Assembly: GCA_963803705.1 (NCBI GenBank)
Contig: CAWDNU010000002.1
Span: 177,980-241,979 of the forward strand
DNA length: 64,000 bases
Reading direction: 5' to 3'
Source: an uncultured Pseudobdellovibrionaceae bacterium
GTDB taxonomy: Bacteria; Bdellovibrionota; Bdellovibrionia; Bdellovibrionales; UBA1609
The notes below the pieces were generated by a model. It made no database searches. It was not told the origin of the DNA and was given only the letters and a program-made list of their open reading frames with translations. Position 1 is the first letter of the stretch. Each line of letters opens with the position of its first letter. The position numbers and the translations under genes are program-made. This document shows, in pieces, positions 49,675-59,291 of the stretch.

Positions 49675-51081
49675 GTGCAAGTAAACGGGATAGACAGTTC
49701 TGGCTTAATTGGAAACCCAGAACTAGGCAGAAACGTCTACTTTTCATCTTTAGGGTGCTCTAAAAACTTGGTTGACTCTCAAGTGATGCTTGGCCATTTA
49801 GGTTTGGGCGGATACCAGATCCAAATGGATCCAGCGCTTGCAGAAGTGATTATTGTTAACACCTGTTCGTTTATTGAAGAAGCCAAAAAAGAGTCCATCA
49901 AAGAAATTTTGGATCTTTCTGAAAACAAAACTTCTGGTAGCTGCAAAGTTTTAGTGGTTTCAGGATGTATGGCTCAACGCTACAGCCAAGAAATCGAAGA
50001 CGAGCTTCCTGAAGTAGATCTTATAATTGGGACAGGAGAGTACGCAAAAATCACTCAGTTTCTAAAAGCACTAGACGAAGGAAGCTTAAAGAAAAAGTCC
50101 TTCGTTGAAATTCCAAAATACATTCATACTGAATTTGATCCAAGACTGCAAACCACGCCAAAACACACGGCCTGGTTAAAGGTGTCAGAGGGATGTAATC
50201 GTAAATGTACCTTTTGTATTATCCCTACCTTACGAGGAAGTTTAAGAAGCAGATCTGTAGAATCCTTAGTGACCGAAGCTCAGGCTATGGTGGACTCTGG
50301 AGTTAAAGAATTAAATGTGATCTCTCAGGACCTATCAAGTTACGGAATAGATTTGTCAAAGAATAGCGGACAAATGCTTTACGAGCTATTGGACGGACTT
50401 GAATCAGTTCGTGGCTTGCATTGGGCTAGGCTGTTTTACTACTACCCTGACGAATTGACTGACCAGATTATTGATAAAATTTCTAAATCTAAAAAGATAG
50501 CTAGGTATTTAGATATGCCAGTACAACACTTTTCGTCATCGGTCTTAAGACGTATGAATCGAAAAATCACTGGCGAAAAAATATTGGAACGGGTTGCAAC
50601 TTTAAGAGCAAAAATCCCAGACATCGTAATTCGAACCTCTGTGATCGTTGGCTTCCCAGGTGAAACCAACGACGATTTTAATCAACTATTTGAAGGCGTG
50701 AAACAAGCTTGTTTTGATCATTTAGGTGTCTTTAAATACTCTGATGAGGAAGGCACGCCAGCATTTAGATTAGGTGGCAAAATTGATCAAGATATGATTA
50801 ATGAGCGCTTCAGTAAAATCTACGAATTACAAAAAGGTATTGCAGAAACAAATAACGAAAAATGGCTTGGCCGTGAAGTAGAAGTACTAGTGGAAGGTTT
50901 TCATGAAGAAACCGATTTGTTGATATCCGCTAGGCATTACGGCCAAGCACCTGAAATCGATGGACAGGTGATTATTAATGACAGTGCAGGTGTAAGTCTA
51001 AGTCAGGGCGATGTTGTTAAGGTCCGAATCAACGACGTTTTTGAATATGATCTAATTGCTGAAGTTATACCAGGGATCTAA
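49675..51081 (+). CDS. rimO: Ribosomal protein S12 methylthiotransferase
   Basis: SLGCSKNLVDS, NTCSFI, GCMAQRY, CNRKCTFC, YLDMPVQH, IVGFPGET, APEIDG. Confidence 0.95.
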   Translation: MQVNGIDSSGLIGNPELGRNVYFSSLGCSKNLVDSQVMLGHLGLGGYQIQMDPALAEVIIVNTCSFIEEAKKESIKEILDLSENKTSGSCKVLVVSGCMAQRYSQEIEDELPEVDLIIGTGEYAKITQFLKALDEGSLKKKSFVEIPKYIHTEFDPRLQTTPKHTAWLKVSEGCNRKCTFCIIPTLRGSLRSRSVESLVTEAQAMVDSGVKELNVISQDLSSYGIDLSKNSGQMLYELLDGLESVRGLHWARLFYYYPDELTDQIIDKISKSKKIARYLDMPVQHFSSSVLRRMNRKITGEKILERVATLRAKIPDIVIRTSVIVGFPGETNDDFNQLFEGVKQACFDHLGVFKYSDEEGTPAFRLGGKIDQDMINERFSKIYELQKGIAETNNEKWLGREVEVLVEGFHEETDLLISARHYGQAPEIDGQVIINDSAGVSLSQGDVVKVRINDVFEYDLIAEVIPGI

Positions 51082-52051
51082 GTTGGACTACGAGCTTTTG
51101 GATTCAGGTGATTTTTATAGATTAGAAAAGGTGGGCGGGTTTATCTTTCATCGCCCAAGTCCTGCAGCTGTTTGGCCCTCTTCGAAAATTTCTGAATACA
51201 ACAAAGTTGATGCAAAATACAATAGATTTGAAAATGGAAAAGGTAAGTGGGTAAGGTACAGCAACGTGCCAGACACTTTTCAAATCGAGCTACAAGACTT
51301 AATCGCGGTCCCAAATGACCTGACAATACCAAGATCCACTAGCAAAAAACTTAATGCCACTGAATTCTCTGACCCAAAATTTAAAGCTTCTAAGCTTTCG
51401 TCCAAAAATTTCTCATCCACGAACTTTTCACCTGTAAATTTCACAGTAGAAATGCAGCTTACGACTTTTGGTCACCTAGGTTTGTTTTTTGAACATCTTG
51501 TTAACTGGAAAAGACTATTTAAATCTGTTGAAAAATCTGAGAAGGTTCTTAATCTTTTTGCCTACACCGGAATGGCCACTTTAGTTTGCGCTGCAAAAGA
51601 TGCTGAAGTGACTCATTTGGACGCCTCGAAGACAAGTGTTGCTTGGGCCAAAAAGAACGCCGAGCTGTCGGTTTTAATGGACAAAAAAGTAAGGTGGTTG
51701 GTTGAAGATGTTAGAAAATTTGTTGACCGTGAAGTTAGAAGAAATAGCACTTATGACTGGATTATTCTAGACCCGCCTTCATTTGGCCGTGGCGCAAGCA
51801 ATGAGTCTTGGGTGATAGAAAAAGACTTGGTGCCTTTATTAAAAAGCTTAAGTCGGCTTAAATCCAAAAATTTTAAAGGTATCTTATTATCATCCCACTC
51901 GCCAGGCTACACAGGCGTCTCGCTGAATAATTTGCTGGCGCACACTGGTTTTAACGAACCATTCGAAGTGTTCGAAGACATGACCATCGGTCACCATTCT
52001 TATCCACTACCTAGTGGCTTTGGAGCTTGGCGAAGTTCATTTAAAATTTAG
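51056..52051 (+). CDS. RlmI/RlmK-like class I SAM-dependent methyltransferase
   Basis: YELLDSG..RLE, FGHLGLF.E, VLNLFAYTG, HLDASK, ILDPPSFG; start uncertain. Confidence 0.85.
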   Translation: MLKLYQGSKLDYELLDSGDFYRLEKVGGFIFHRPSPAAVWPSSKISEYNKVDAKYNRFENGKGKWVRYSNVPDTFQIELQDLIAVPNDLTIPRSTSKKLNATEFSDPKFKASKLSSKNFSSTNFSPVNFTVEMQLTTFGHLGLFFEHLVNWKRLFKSVEKSEKVLNLFAYTGMATLVCAAKDAEVTHLDASKTSVAWAKKNAELSVLMDKKVRWLVEDVRKFVDREVRRNSTYDWIILDPPSFGRGASNESWVIEKDLVPLLKSLSRLKSKNFKGILLSSHSPGYTGVSLNNLLAHTGFNEPFEVFEDMTIGHHSYPLPSGFGAWRSSFKI

Positions 52052-52083
52052 ATTTATAAATATGCTTTATGTTAATAAGAACC

Positions 52084-52548
52084 TTAGAACTCAACAATAT
52101 ATCTGCAAGTGAGTTCGTCTGGACTAAGGGTACCGCCCCTTGGTCTGCAAAATTTTAAAAAAGAAACAAGGGATATTAGTGCTGGATTTCTTTCCACAAT
52201 CCGTGAAATCTGATTCTTACTTACAAATTCAGCGACCAATTGAAGAGCAAGCTCTGACCGGTTTTTTTGCTTTTTGGTTTCATGAAGCTTCATTGGGCCC
52301 AAGCAAGCTACAGAATCAAGTGAGATTCCATAGTCATCTCTTAAACTATTTCTTTCGTTTTCTAGATCTGAACAGTAAGGAAGTAAATGATTTGAATCTC
52401 TTTTATTTAGCTCGTAAGAATCAGCGGAATAATTGAAATCCATATTAATGGGACCAATATCTTTAAGTGAGCTTGAGTAAGAAAACGTTGGCGTAATGAA
52501 AAGAGCGGCAAATAAAAGGTATTTGCACCATAAAGTGTATTGTGACAT
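52084..52548 (-). CDS. Secreted hypothetical protein
   Basis: GAGGGGG RBS, signal peptide, four Cys in the mature part. Confidence 0.6.
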   Translation of the reverse strand: MSQYTLWCKYLLFAALFITPTFSYSSSLKDIGPINMDFNYSADSYELNKRDSNHLLPYCSDLENERNSLRDDYGISLDSVACLGPMKLHETKKQKNRSELALQLVAEFVSKNQISRIVERNPALISLVSFLKFCRPRGGTLSPDELTCRYIVEF

Positions 52549-52908
52549 TTAAAATCCCCCTCAGGACTCTTCAAACTGAATTAAGTTACTGATCTTCGCA
52601 AGTCATTAGTTGGTTAAGGCTAAGTGCGGCGCTCTGCAAGAACTTGTCTTGGCCTGAACCCGCTTTTGTAGCAATTTTTAATGGTAAGCCATTAGTAATT
52701 TAGACCTTGTTCAGTTTTGAAACCACAATAGAGCAACAATTTAAGAAAGTTCTCTTTTTGAAAGAATTCGATTATTTTATCGATTTCAGATCGAATATAA
52801 CCTGAACTTAGGTCCTAAAGTGAGCCGTTTAATTGAAACCTTATCTGTAATTATTTTGATCCCGATATATATTTATTACTGAACGTTAACTAATAAAGGA
52901 ATTCAATC

Positions 52909-55900
52909 ATGAAAAACACTTTTCAATTGATAGTCACGTGTTTAGCAATGCTGACACTTGTAAACTGTGGCGGAGGTGGTTCCATCTCTACATCTTCAAC
53001 ATCAGACGCCTTCGACGAAGGTAACTTAGGTTTTAATCCTAAAATGGATATCTTGTTTGTAGTGGATCCATCGAAAAGTATGTTCGAAGAGGTTGAAAAA
53101 GTAAGAAATAACATTTCAGTATTTATCGAAAGCTTTATTGCTTTAGGTTACGAATACAGAGTGGGAGTTATTTCTTCTTCGGCATGGTCAGCTTACGCTT
53201 ATGAGGCTGATAGCAATTTAACATTTTTAGCTCGAGGTGGAGACCCAGTTTTTGGAAACTTACATAAGGGTGAATGCGTAGATCGTTCAGGTGCAGCCTC
53301 GCAGGAAGAATATTTAGACTTTTTAAATGCCTCGTCAGTGGGAACTTTTTTAACGAAATTTAGCAAGAATTTCGATGTATATGGAGTTCAAAAAAATACA
53401 TCTGGTTGCGGATTAGTAGGGCCTCCATTTGGTACTTACGCGCAAGTGACTAACAACCTTTTTGAAAATTCAAATGGTTATAACGCTACAACTAGGCAGC
53501 AAGCTTGGGAATATATAAACGACGAGCGTCCACTTCAAAGTGTTCAGGCTTTTTTAGAAAGAGATGCTACTAAAAGTGGTGCTTCTAAATTTGTGAGAGA
53601 TGGTGCCCATTTAGCTATTATTATTGTTTCTGATGAACCAGATGCTTCGAGAGATAGCTTAACTCCAAGTTTAACTTTTGTTCCTGGTGCTGCTGGCAAC
53701 CACGATGCTGAAAGATACATAAATTATTTAACAACTTTAAAAGACGATCCAAGCACAGCTGTTAATGATGGACTAGCAAACTTTTCTGTCTATTCTATTG
53801 TAGACACCGCAATTACAAGCAACATTGCAAATGATGTAGCTTCGCTATCAGGTGGTCTTTCTTTTGACATCAATGCTACCCAGAATGAATATATATCTAA
53901 CCTGAATCAAATCAGTCAGGCAATTTTAATATCTTCATCATTTTTTCCAATAAAATATAAACCTATTCCGTCTACAATAGAAATTCAGATTTTTAAGGGC
54001 GACGGAAGCATTGTTAGTGTACCAGGTTCTGGTTTTACTTATTTGCCAGTTCAACAAGGTATAACTTTGGCTGCTGAATATCTGCCAGCAATTGATGACA
54101 CTTTAAAAATCAATTATGTTCCAGCAGTTCTAATTAGTGGTGTGAGTGAAACTCCTAGAATTTCACTAAGTGGAAATAGTGTTCCTGAGGATACGGCTAA
54201 CGCAGCTACCGTAGGTACAGTAAGTTTGTTGTTTGGTAATTCCACTGATGGGATTTTTACTATAAATCAAGGTGCTAGTACGCCGCAAAACGCTTATGCT
54301 ATTGATGCTGCCACAGGCGTTATCACTGTAGCCGATAATGCTCTGTTTGATACCGAAATTTTGGCCAAACATCAGATCGCTGTAACACTGACTTTGCCTG
54401 ACTCAAGTGTATTTAACCAGTCTTTTTTAATTTCGATTTTGGATAGACCAGATTCTACGCCGGTTGCTGCTAATGACTCCTATGCTGTTTCAGAAACAAT
54501 TGCTGAAGCAAACAATATAAGAGTAGTCGGAAATACAACTTTTAATGACTCTGGAATTGACTCTTCAGAAGCACACAGCTGGGTTGTTGTAGCTAATGTT
54601 ACACCGTCAACCGGAAGCCCGAATTTGGTTTTAAATTCCAACGGTACATTTACACTAAATATAACAGATGCAGCTTCATTGGGTTTATCTTCAGGTGCAA
54701 GTATCAATTACACCTTCACTTACAGAATTGTAGGAACTCCCGCTACAGAAGTGTCGAACACTGCAACCGTGACAGTAACAGTAGAAGGGTTCAACCAGTC
54801 CCCGGTCTTGGTCACGGCTATACCCGACCAGTCCGTTTCGTTTAGTGGTGGATTGATTAAAATACCAATAGTAGCAGGTGATGTTACGGCTTCTGGTTTT
54901 GCGAGTGGTAATGCCGGTAACGTGACCGATGGCGCTGCGGGAACTAAAGCAACAACTTCAGCGTCTGCAACGGGGGCTCATTGGATCCAGATGAATTTCC
55001 CAGCGAGTACAATATGGGAAGTTGATCGCTTCGAAATTGATGGTGATCACTCTTTGGGTAACTCTGTGTTACAAGTAAGGTCAGCGACCAATCAGGTGAT
55101 TACTCGTGAAGCTTTACCTGTAACTTTAGGTAGTGATCTAACGGTAAACATGACTCAAAAAGTAATTGGTGGGTCCGTAAGAGTACTTCGTTCTGCAGGT
55201 GCAAAAAACTCTGCAAATGATCAAGACTTAAAACTTAGCGACATCTCTGTTTACGGTATAGAAGCTCAGGCTTTTACTATTAACTTAAGCACTTACTTTG
55301 ATGATCCAGATGGGGACACGATCACTTATTATTTAACAGATCCGTACGGTGAAGGTCCTGCTCCTGGTTGGGTCTCGGTTGCTGGAAGTGTTTTAACCGG
55401 TATTCCACCGTCTGGTGCTAACACAAATATTGGTGTGATAGCAGAGGACCCAAGTGGCGCTACAGCATTCACAGTGTTTAATATCACGCGAACTGGCGCT
55501 GGCGCTGGTGCATCGAATGCACCACCAATAGCTGTACTTCCACTTGATGATGAGAAGCGTGGTGGTGTTACCATGAAGCGTTTCGGTGGTGGTAGTGGTA
55601 ATAGTAATCCACAATTGGATAACCAAATCAGGTGGGGTGAAATCGACAACTTTTTTGTAAACCCATATGACGGACAGGCAATCAGAGACGCGTTTACTAA
55701 TAGTGGCTTATGCACAAATGGAACTGGAACCTGTAACTTAACTGCGACCGGCTATCGTACAAACCCTGCTAGCATCCCTGGTGCTATCGCGGCATTAATG
55801 CCTCCAGCACAGTTGATACATTTTGGTGACAATTACAATGTTGAGAATGGTTGGGATATTGCCCCTGTGTATATTGATCAGAAATTTCCAAATGGGGGCG

Positions 55901-56829
55901 CTACGGCGGGATTTTGTAATCAGTCAGCTTTCTTAACCGCCGGTAACGGTGGACGAGTAACTCCTTGTATTAATCCAACAAGGTCCTACGGTGAAACTTA
56001 CACCGGATACTTTGTACCTTCACAAACGGGAATTTTTAGATTTAGAACCCGTAGAATCGATGATAATATTAGGTTATTTATCGCTCCCACCGAATATGTT
56101 GAAGATTTAACACCTGTGGTGACCGTAAGTTATTGTTCGGGTTCAATGGTGACGATGACTCAAAGTATAGCGCCAGGACTAAACACAAGCTCTACATGTA
56201 GAAGTGAGTTCAGGGGTGTGCCTGGTGGTTCTACTGGTGGTCCAAATGGAAGTGCCGTTGGTGCGCCAACGCAAATCTTTTACGAAGGAACAACGGCATC
56301 GTACAAAAATGGCTACAGTTTACTTAAACAGGGTAACGTCTACGCGTTGGAGCTAAGATTCGCAGAAGGTGGTGGTCAAGTCGCTTTTGAATTTGAGTAT
56401 GATCGTAAAGACCAGAGTTGCGACTCTAGCACAAATTCACCTACATCAGGCTGTTGGGATGGCTTTAGACCATTGGACGCATCTGTGTTGGTGCCGTTTG
56501 AAGGTTCGGACGCCCATGATCCACAAGTGATAGATGCGCCAAGTAATGTTGTAAATTTAGATGTTAAAAATCTGTACTACGATGCAGAGCAAGACGTTTT
56601 AGACTACACGGCCAGATTAGTGAATCCAGACGGCACAGCTTATCTGAGTGGTCAAATCGCTGAAGTGGGTTTAACTTTGAATGCCCAAAACGGTTTGTTA
56701 ACGGGCACTTTAAACGCCGGGTATGCGGCTGCTAGTCCAAAACCAAGAATCGTGTTTACTGCTACAGAAAGATTTACAGCTGCACAATCAGCGACTTCTT
56801 CTTTGCCTATCAAATTTGATCCTAACTAA
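52909..56829 (+). CDS. Large surface lipoprotein/adhesin: vWA + cadherin/Ig-like + jelly-roll + PA14 domains
   Basis: Lipobox LVNC; MIDAS VVDPSKSM...VSDE; cadherin motifs (V.E, IDAATG.ITV, FDTE, PVAANDSY); FDDPDGDTITY; PA14-like YTGYFVP..TG.FRF....DDNIRLFI. Confidence 0.85.
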   Translation: MKNTFQLIVTCLAMLTLVNCGGGGSISTSSTSDAFDEGNLGFNPKMDILFVVDPSKSMFEEVEKVRNNISVFIESFIALGYEYRVGVISSSAWSAYAYEADSNLTFLARGGDPVFGNLHKGECVDRSGAASQEEYLDFLNASSVGTFLTKFSKNFDVYGVQKNTSGCGLVGPPFGTYAQVTNNLFENSNGYNATTRQQAWEYINDERPLQSVQAFLERDATKSGASKFVRDGAHLAIIIVSDEPDASRDSLTPSLTFVPGAAGNHDAERYINYLTTLKDDPSTAVNDGLANFSVYSIVDTAITSNIANDVASLSGGLSFDINATQNEYISNLNQISQAILISSSFFPIKYKPIPSTIEIQIFKGDGSIVSVPGSGFTYLPVQQGITLAAEYLPAIDDTLKINYVPAVLISGVSETPRISLSGNSVPEDTANAATVGTVSLLFGNSTDGIFTINQGASTPQNAYAIDAATGVITVADNALFDTEILAKHQIAVTLTLPDSSVFNQSFLISILDRPDSTPVAANDSYAVSETIAEANNIRVVGNTTFNDSGIDSSEAHSWVVVANVTPSTGSPNLVLNSNGTFTLNITDAASLGLSSGASINYTFTYRIVGTPATEVSNTATVTVTVEGFNQSPVLVTAIPDQSVSFSGGLIKIPIVAGDVTASGFASGNAGNVTDGAAGTKATTSASATGAHWIQMNFPASTIWEVDRFEIDGDHSLGNSVLQVRSATNQVITREALPVTLGSDLTVNMTQKVIGGSVRVLRSAGAKNSANDQDLKLSDISVYGIEAQAFTINLSTYFDDPDGDTITYYLTDPYGEGPAPGWVSVAGSVLTGIPPSGANTNIGVIAEDPSGATAFTVFNITRTGAGAGASNAPPIAVLPLDDEKRGGVTMKRFGGGSGNSNPQLDNQIRWGEIDNFFVNPYDGQAIRDAFTNSGLCTNGTGTCNLTATGYRTNPASIPGAIAALMPPAQLIHFGDNYNVENGWDIAPVYIDQKFPNGGATAGFCNQSAFLTAGNGGRVTPCINPTRSYGETYTGYFVPSQTGIFRFRTRRIDDNIRLFIAPTEYVEDLTPVVTVSYCSGSMVTMTQSIAPGLNTSSTCRSEFRGVPGGSTGGPNGSAVGAPTQIFYEGTTASYKNGYSLLKQGNVYALELRFAEGGGQVAFEFEYDRKDQSCDSSTNSPTSGCWDGFRPLDASVLVPFEGSDAHDPQVIDAPSNVVNLDVKNLYYDAEQDVLDYTARLVNPDGTAYLSGQIAEVGLTLNAQNGLLTGTLNAGYAAASPKPRIVFTATERFTAAQSATSSLPIKFDPN

Positions 56830-56852
56830 AAGTTTGGGTTAATTAGAAGATT

Positions 56853-56883
56853 AAAAAAGGTCACCCTTTGGTGGCCTTTTTTT
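56853..56883. terminator. Bidirectional intrinsic terminator
   Basis: AAAAAAGGTCACC-CTTT-GGTGGCCTTTTTTT. Confidence 0.85.
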
Positions 56884-56925
56884 ATGGAAAAGCTCCAGAG
56901 CAAAAAGTGAAATTTTTTAACTGAA

Positions 56926-56995
56926 CTATACAGCAGCTCACCGCAGGTGGAAAAGCGCCAGCGTAGCGCGCTATACAACAGCTCACCGCAGGAGG
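56926..56995. repeat. Two 25-bp direct repeats with a 45-bp period
   Basis: CTATACAGCAGCTCACCGCAGGTGG (56926) and CTATACAACAGCTCACCGCAGGAGG (56971). Confidence 0.85.
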
Positions 56996-57024
56996 TGGTG
57001 TGTCTACCTGAATGTAAATGAGCT

Positions 57025-57846
57025 TTAAATTTCAAAAAAATCAATAATTTGACAGTATAAGACCTCTTCTTTAGAGGGCTTTAGTATTTCCACATTGGTT
57101 TTAATAAGTTCTAAAAACTTGTCTTTGATTTTAAAAGCATCTACTTTTGACAACGAAAAAAGCGCTGAATAGTGAAGAGCCTTGTCATCTTTGTCTGCGA
57201 TTTTCTCTAAAGCCTTAATACGCCAGTTGTAGTGATGATGTTAAATTAAGTCGGACTGCCGGCCCACATGAGTATAAGTGGGACCTACACTGTACTGTCG
57301 TTTTCGTAGGTCATAAGAAATAATTTGTGTTTGGACTAAAAAATCTAGAACCTCCTGAGCTTCTTCGATGGAGAGTTTAAACTTGTTAGCAATAGCGCGA
57401 AGGTCTTTTAATCCGGGTACAGAAACCGCAATGTGCACCGCTAAATAGATCCAACGGCTGTAATACTTTAAGCTATCTTCTTTATTTAAAGCCTGAGGTT
57501 CATAAATTCGTCTTTCAATCTTTTTAGATTCTTTTGAAACCTTGTCTAAGGCATTTTGGTAAAAAGTCTTTAATTCAAATGTTCCTGCACGACTGTAGTT
57601 AACCAATAGCAGGAAATACTCTTGCTCGATCCCGTTCAATGATAAAAATTGACTTACTTCCAATGCCTGTTCAAGTGTCAGATCCGCATCACCTTTTAGA
57701 ATCCTAGATAGATAAGAGGTTTTGATCTGAAGTTTTTCAGCTAATAGTGTTTTTGATCCAGATCTAGAGGATCTGCCACCAAGCTGGTCCTGCATAAATT
57801 CTTGATAATTTTGAAACTCAAATAAACTATGCTTAACTTGGTTCAC
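57025..57846 (-). pseudogene. TIGR02147/DUF4423-family HTH protein interrupted by one in-frame TAA (57241-57243)
   Basis: N-terminal LAEKLQIKTSYLSRILKG..LTLEQA, YYSRWIY; the frame continues past the stop with HHHYNWR...LHYSALFSLS..D...SKEEVLYCQIIDFFEI*. Confidence 0.88.
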
Positions 57847-57853
57847 AGTTATA

Positions 57854-57873
57854 AATTAACTTAAAAGTTAATT
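57854..57873. promoter_or_regulatory. Candidate operator (9-2-9 inverted repeat)
   Basis: AATTAACTT-AA-AAGTTAATT just upstream of the TIGR02147 start, in the divergent promoter region. Confidence 0.35.
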
Positions 57874-58012
57874 AGATTATACCTAATTAATAAATCAACC
57901 CTATTAAAGTCCAGTTGAAAAGCTTATTTTGCTTAAATAAAGAGCAATAAAGCTCTTTTTAACTTGTAACCCTGACCTTGATTAGAAGGTCCAGCTACAA
58001 AAGGAAAACAAA

Positions 58013-58441
58013 ATGAAAAATTCGAAAGTAGTAAAAATAGGAATACTAGGAGCGTATATAGGTCTAACTTTTTTTGCTGCATCAACTTATGCCAAACAAA
58101 CAAAGCATGCATTGGTCAAATGCTCATTAGCTACAAAAAACTACGTTCAGCTTTTAAAGGAAAGTGAGGAATATCTAAATTCAGAAATTGTTATTGATGA
58201 CAGAATTTGTGATCAGCCAGACCAAGACTGTAGCCGGATAGAGGTTCCAATTGCCCCGTTGGGCTCTCGCTACTCACTTCAAGTTTATCTAACGAGTGAA
58301 GCTGGTAAAAAAATAACGGCAAATATATCTATCGACAAATCGGGATACTCACAAGTTGGTCGAGACCTGAAAAAAGATGGATTTTTAACGGCAGTCATCG
58401 AAAACCAGTTTGTAATGATTGGATGTGCGCTTTCAAAATAA
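58013..58441 (+). CDS. Secreted hypothetical protein
   Basis: AAGGA RBS, signal peptide TYA, four Cys. Confidence 0.7.
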   Translation: MKNSKVVKIGILGAYIGLTFFAASTYAKQTKHALVKCSLATKNYVQLLKESEEYLNSEIVIDDRICDQPDQDCSRIEVPIAPLGSRYSLQVYLTSEAGKKITANISIDKSGYSQVGRDLKKDGFLTAVIENQFVMIGCALSK

Positions 58442-58550
58442 ATAATATTTAAATACAACAAGTTACGTCAAGCTGCACATTGAAGATGCAGATCCGAAAT
58501 AGCCCTCAAGGTGGAAACTATGAAGCCGGGGCGTAACAAGGAGAATAAAA

Positions 58551-59237
58551 ATGAAAAAATTAATGATAATACTAATATTAGGCCTTCAAGTTTCAGTATT
58601 GGCATCACCAGATATTGGTTACGACTTTACCGAGCTGGGGCTTGAAGGAAACACTTGTGAAGCTTACAACTTCGACCCAAGTATTAAAGATCAACTTGTC
58701 GATAAAAGCTTAAATTTATCACTTGGCGATCAAGTTTTAATTAGAACAAATAAGCCAATCAAACTTAAATCTGGAATGCCAAAAACAGTTTCCACGTTTA
58801 CTCAATACCATTACTACAAAGAATTTGAACTCAGAGGATCGAAAGTGATCACAGTGACAAGAAAGATAGTTCAACATGAATTATACTTCAATCTAACATT
58901 ATTGCCAGATCAAATCCAAGCCCATGAATTCCTGGTTTTAAACCCAGGTGATGAACTCATATTGACGATTGAGTCGGTCAAATTTCGCCATATAACTGTA
59001 AGGTCAAATTCTGGCTTGCACTATCAACTTCACACAAGCTCACGGCCAGATGACCACAGATCTATATTTGGTGCTTCTTTTCTTATGCTGACTCAAGATC
59101 TTTTACCCTGGGTTAATATAGCAAGAGATGGATTTGTCCTAAATAAATCATCTGTTTACCCCACCGGGAAGAAGTTTTGTGATGAAGACAAAATTCATTC
59201 TTTAGGTGTTAAACAACCTGTTGCAAGGAAGCCATAG
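58551..59237 (+). CDS. Secreted hypothetical protein
   Basis: AAGGAG RBS, signal peptide VLA, terminal Cys pair. Confidence 0.7.
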   Translation: MKKLMIILILGLQVSVLASPDIGYDFTELGLEGNTCEAYNFDPSIKDQLVDKSLNLSLGDQVLIRTNKPIKLKSGMPKTVSTFTQYHYYKEFELRGSKVITVTRKIVQHELYFNLTLLPDQIQAHEFLVLNPGDELILTIESVKFRHITVRSNSGLHYQLHTSSRPDDHRSIFGASFLMLTQDLLPWVNIARDGFVLNKSSVYPTGKKFCDEDKIHSLGVKQPVARKP

Positions 59238-59291
59238 GTGGTCGTCAGGCATTTAAATTGCTTAAGTAAAGGCTATAAAAAGGTGAAATCA

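Noticed and set aside
56912..56995. CRISPR array (loose resemblance to a reversed type I-F repeat)
   Set aside because: Only two units, a spacer of about 20 bp, no internal palindrome and no cas genes in the window
58551..59291. One long readthrough protein across 58551-60641 (three ORFs in the same frame)
   Set aside because: The downstream gene has its own RBS, ATG and lipoprotein signal at 59292, so the TAG at 59235 is a natural stop
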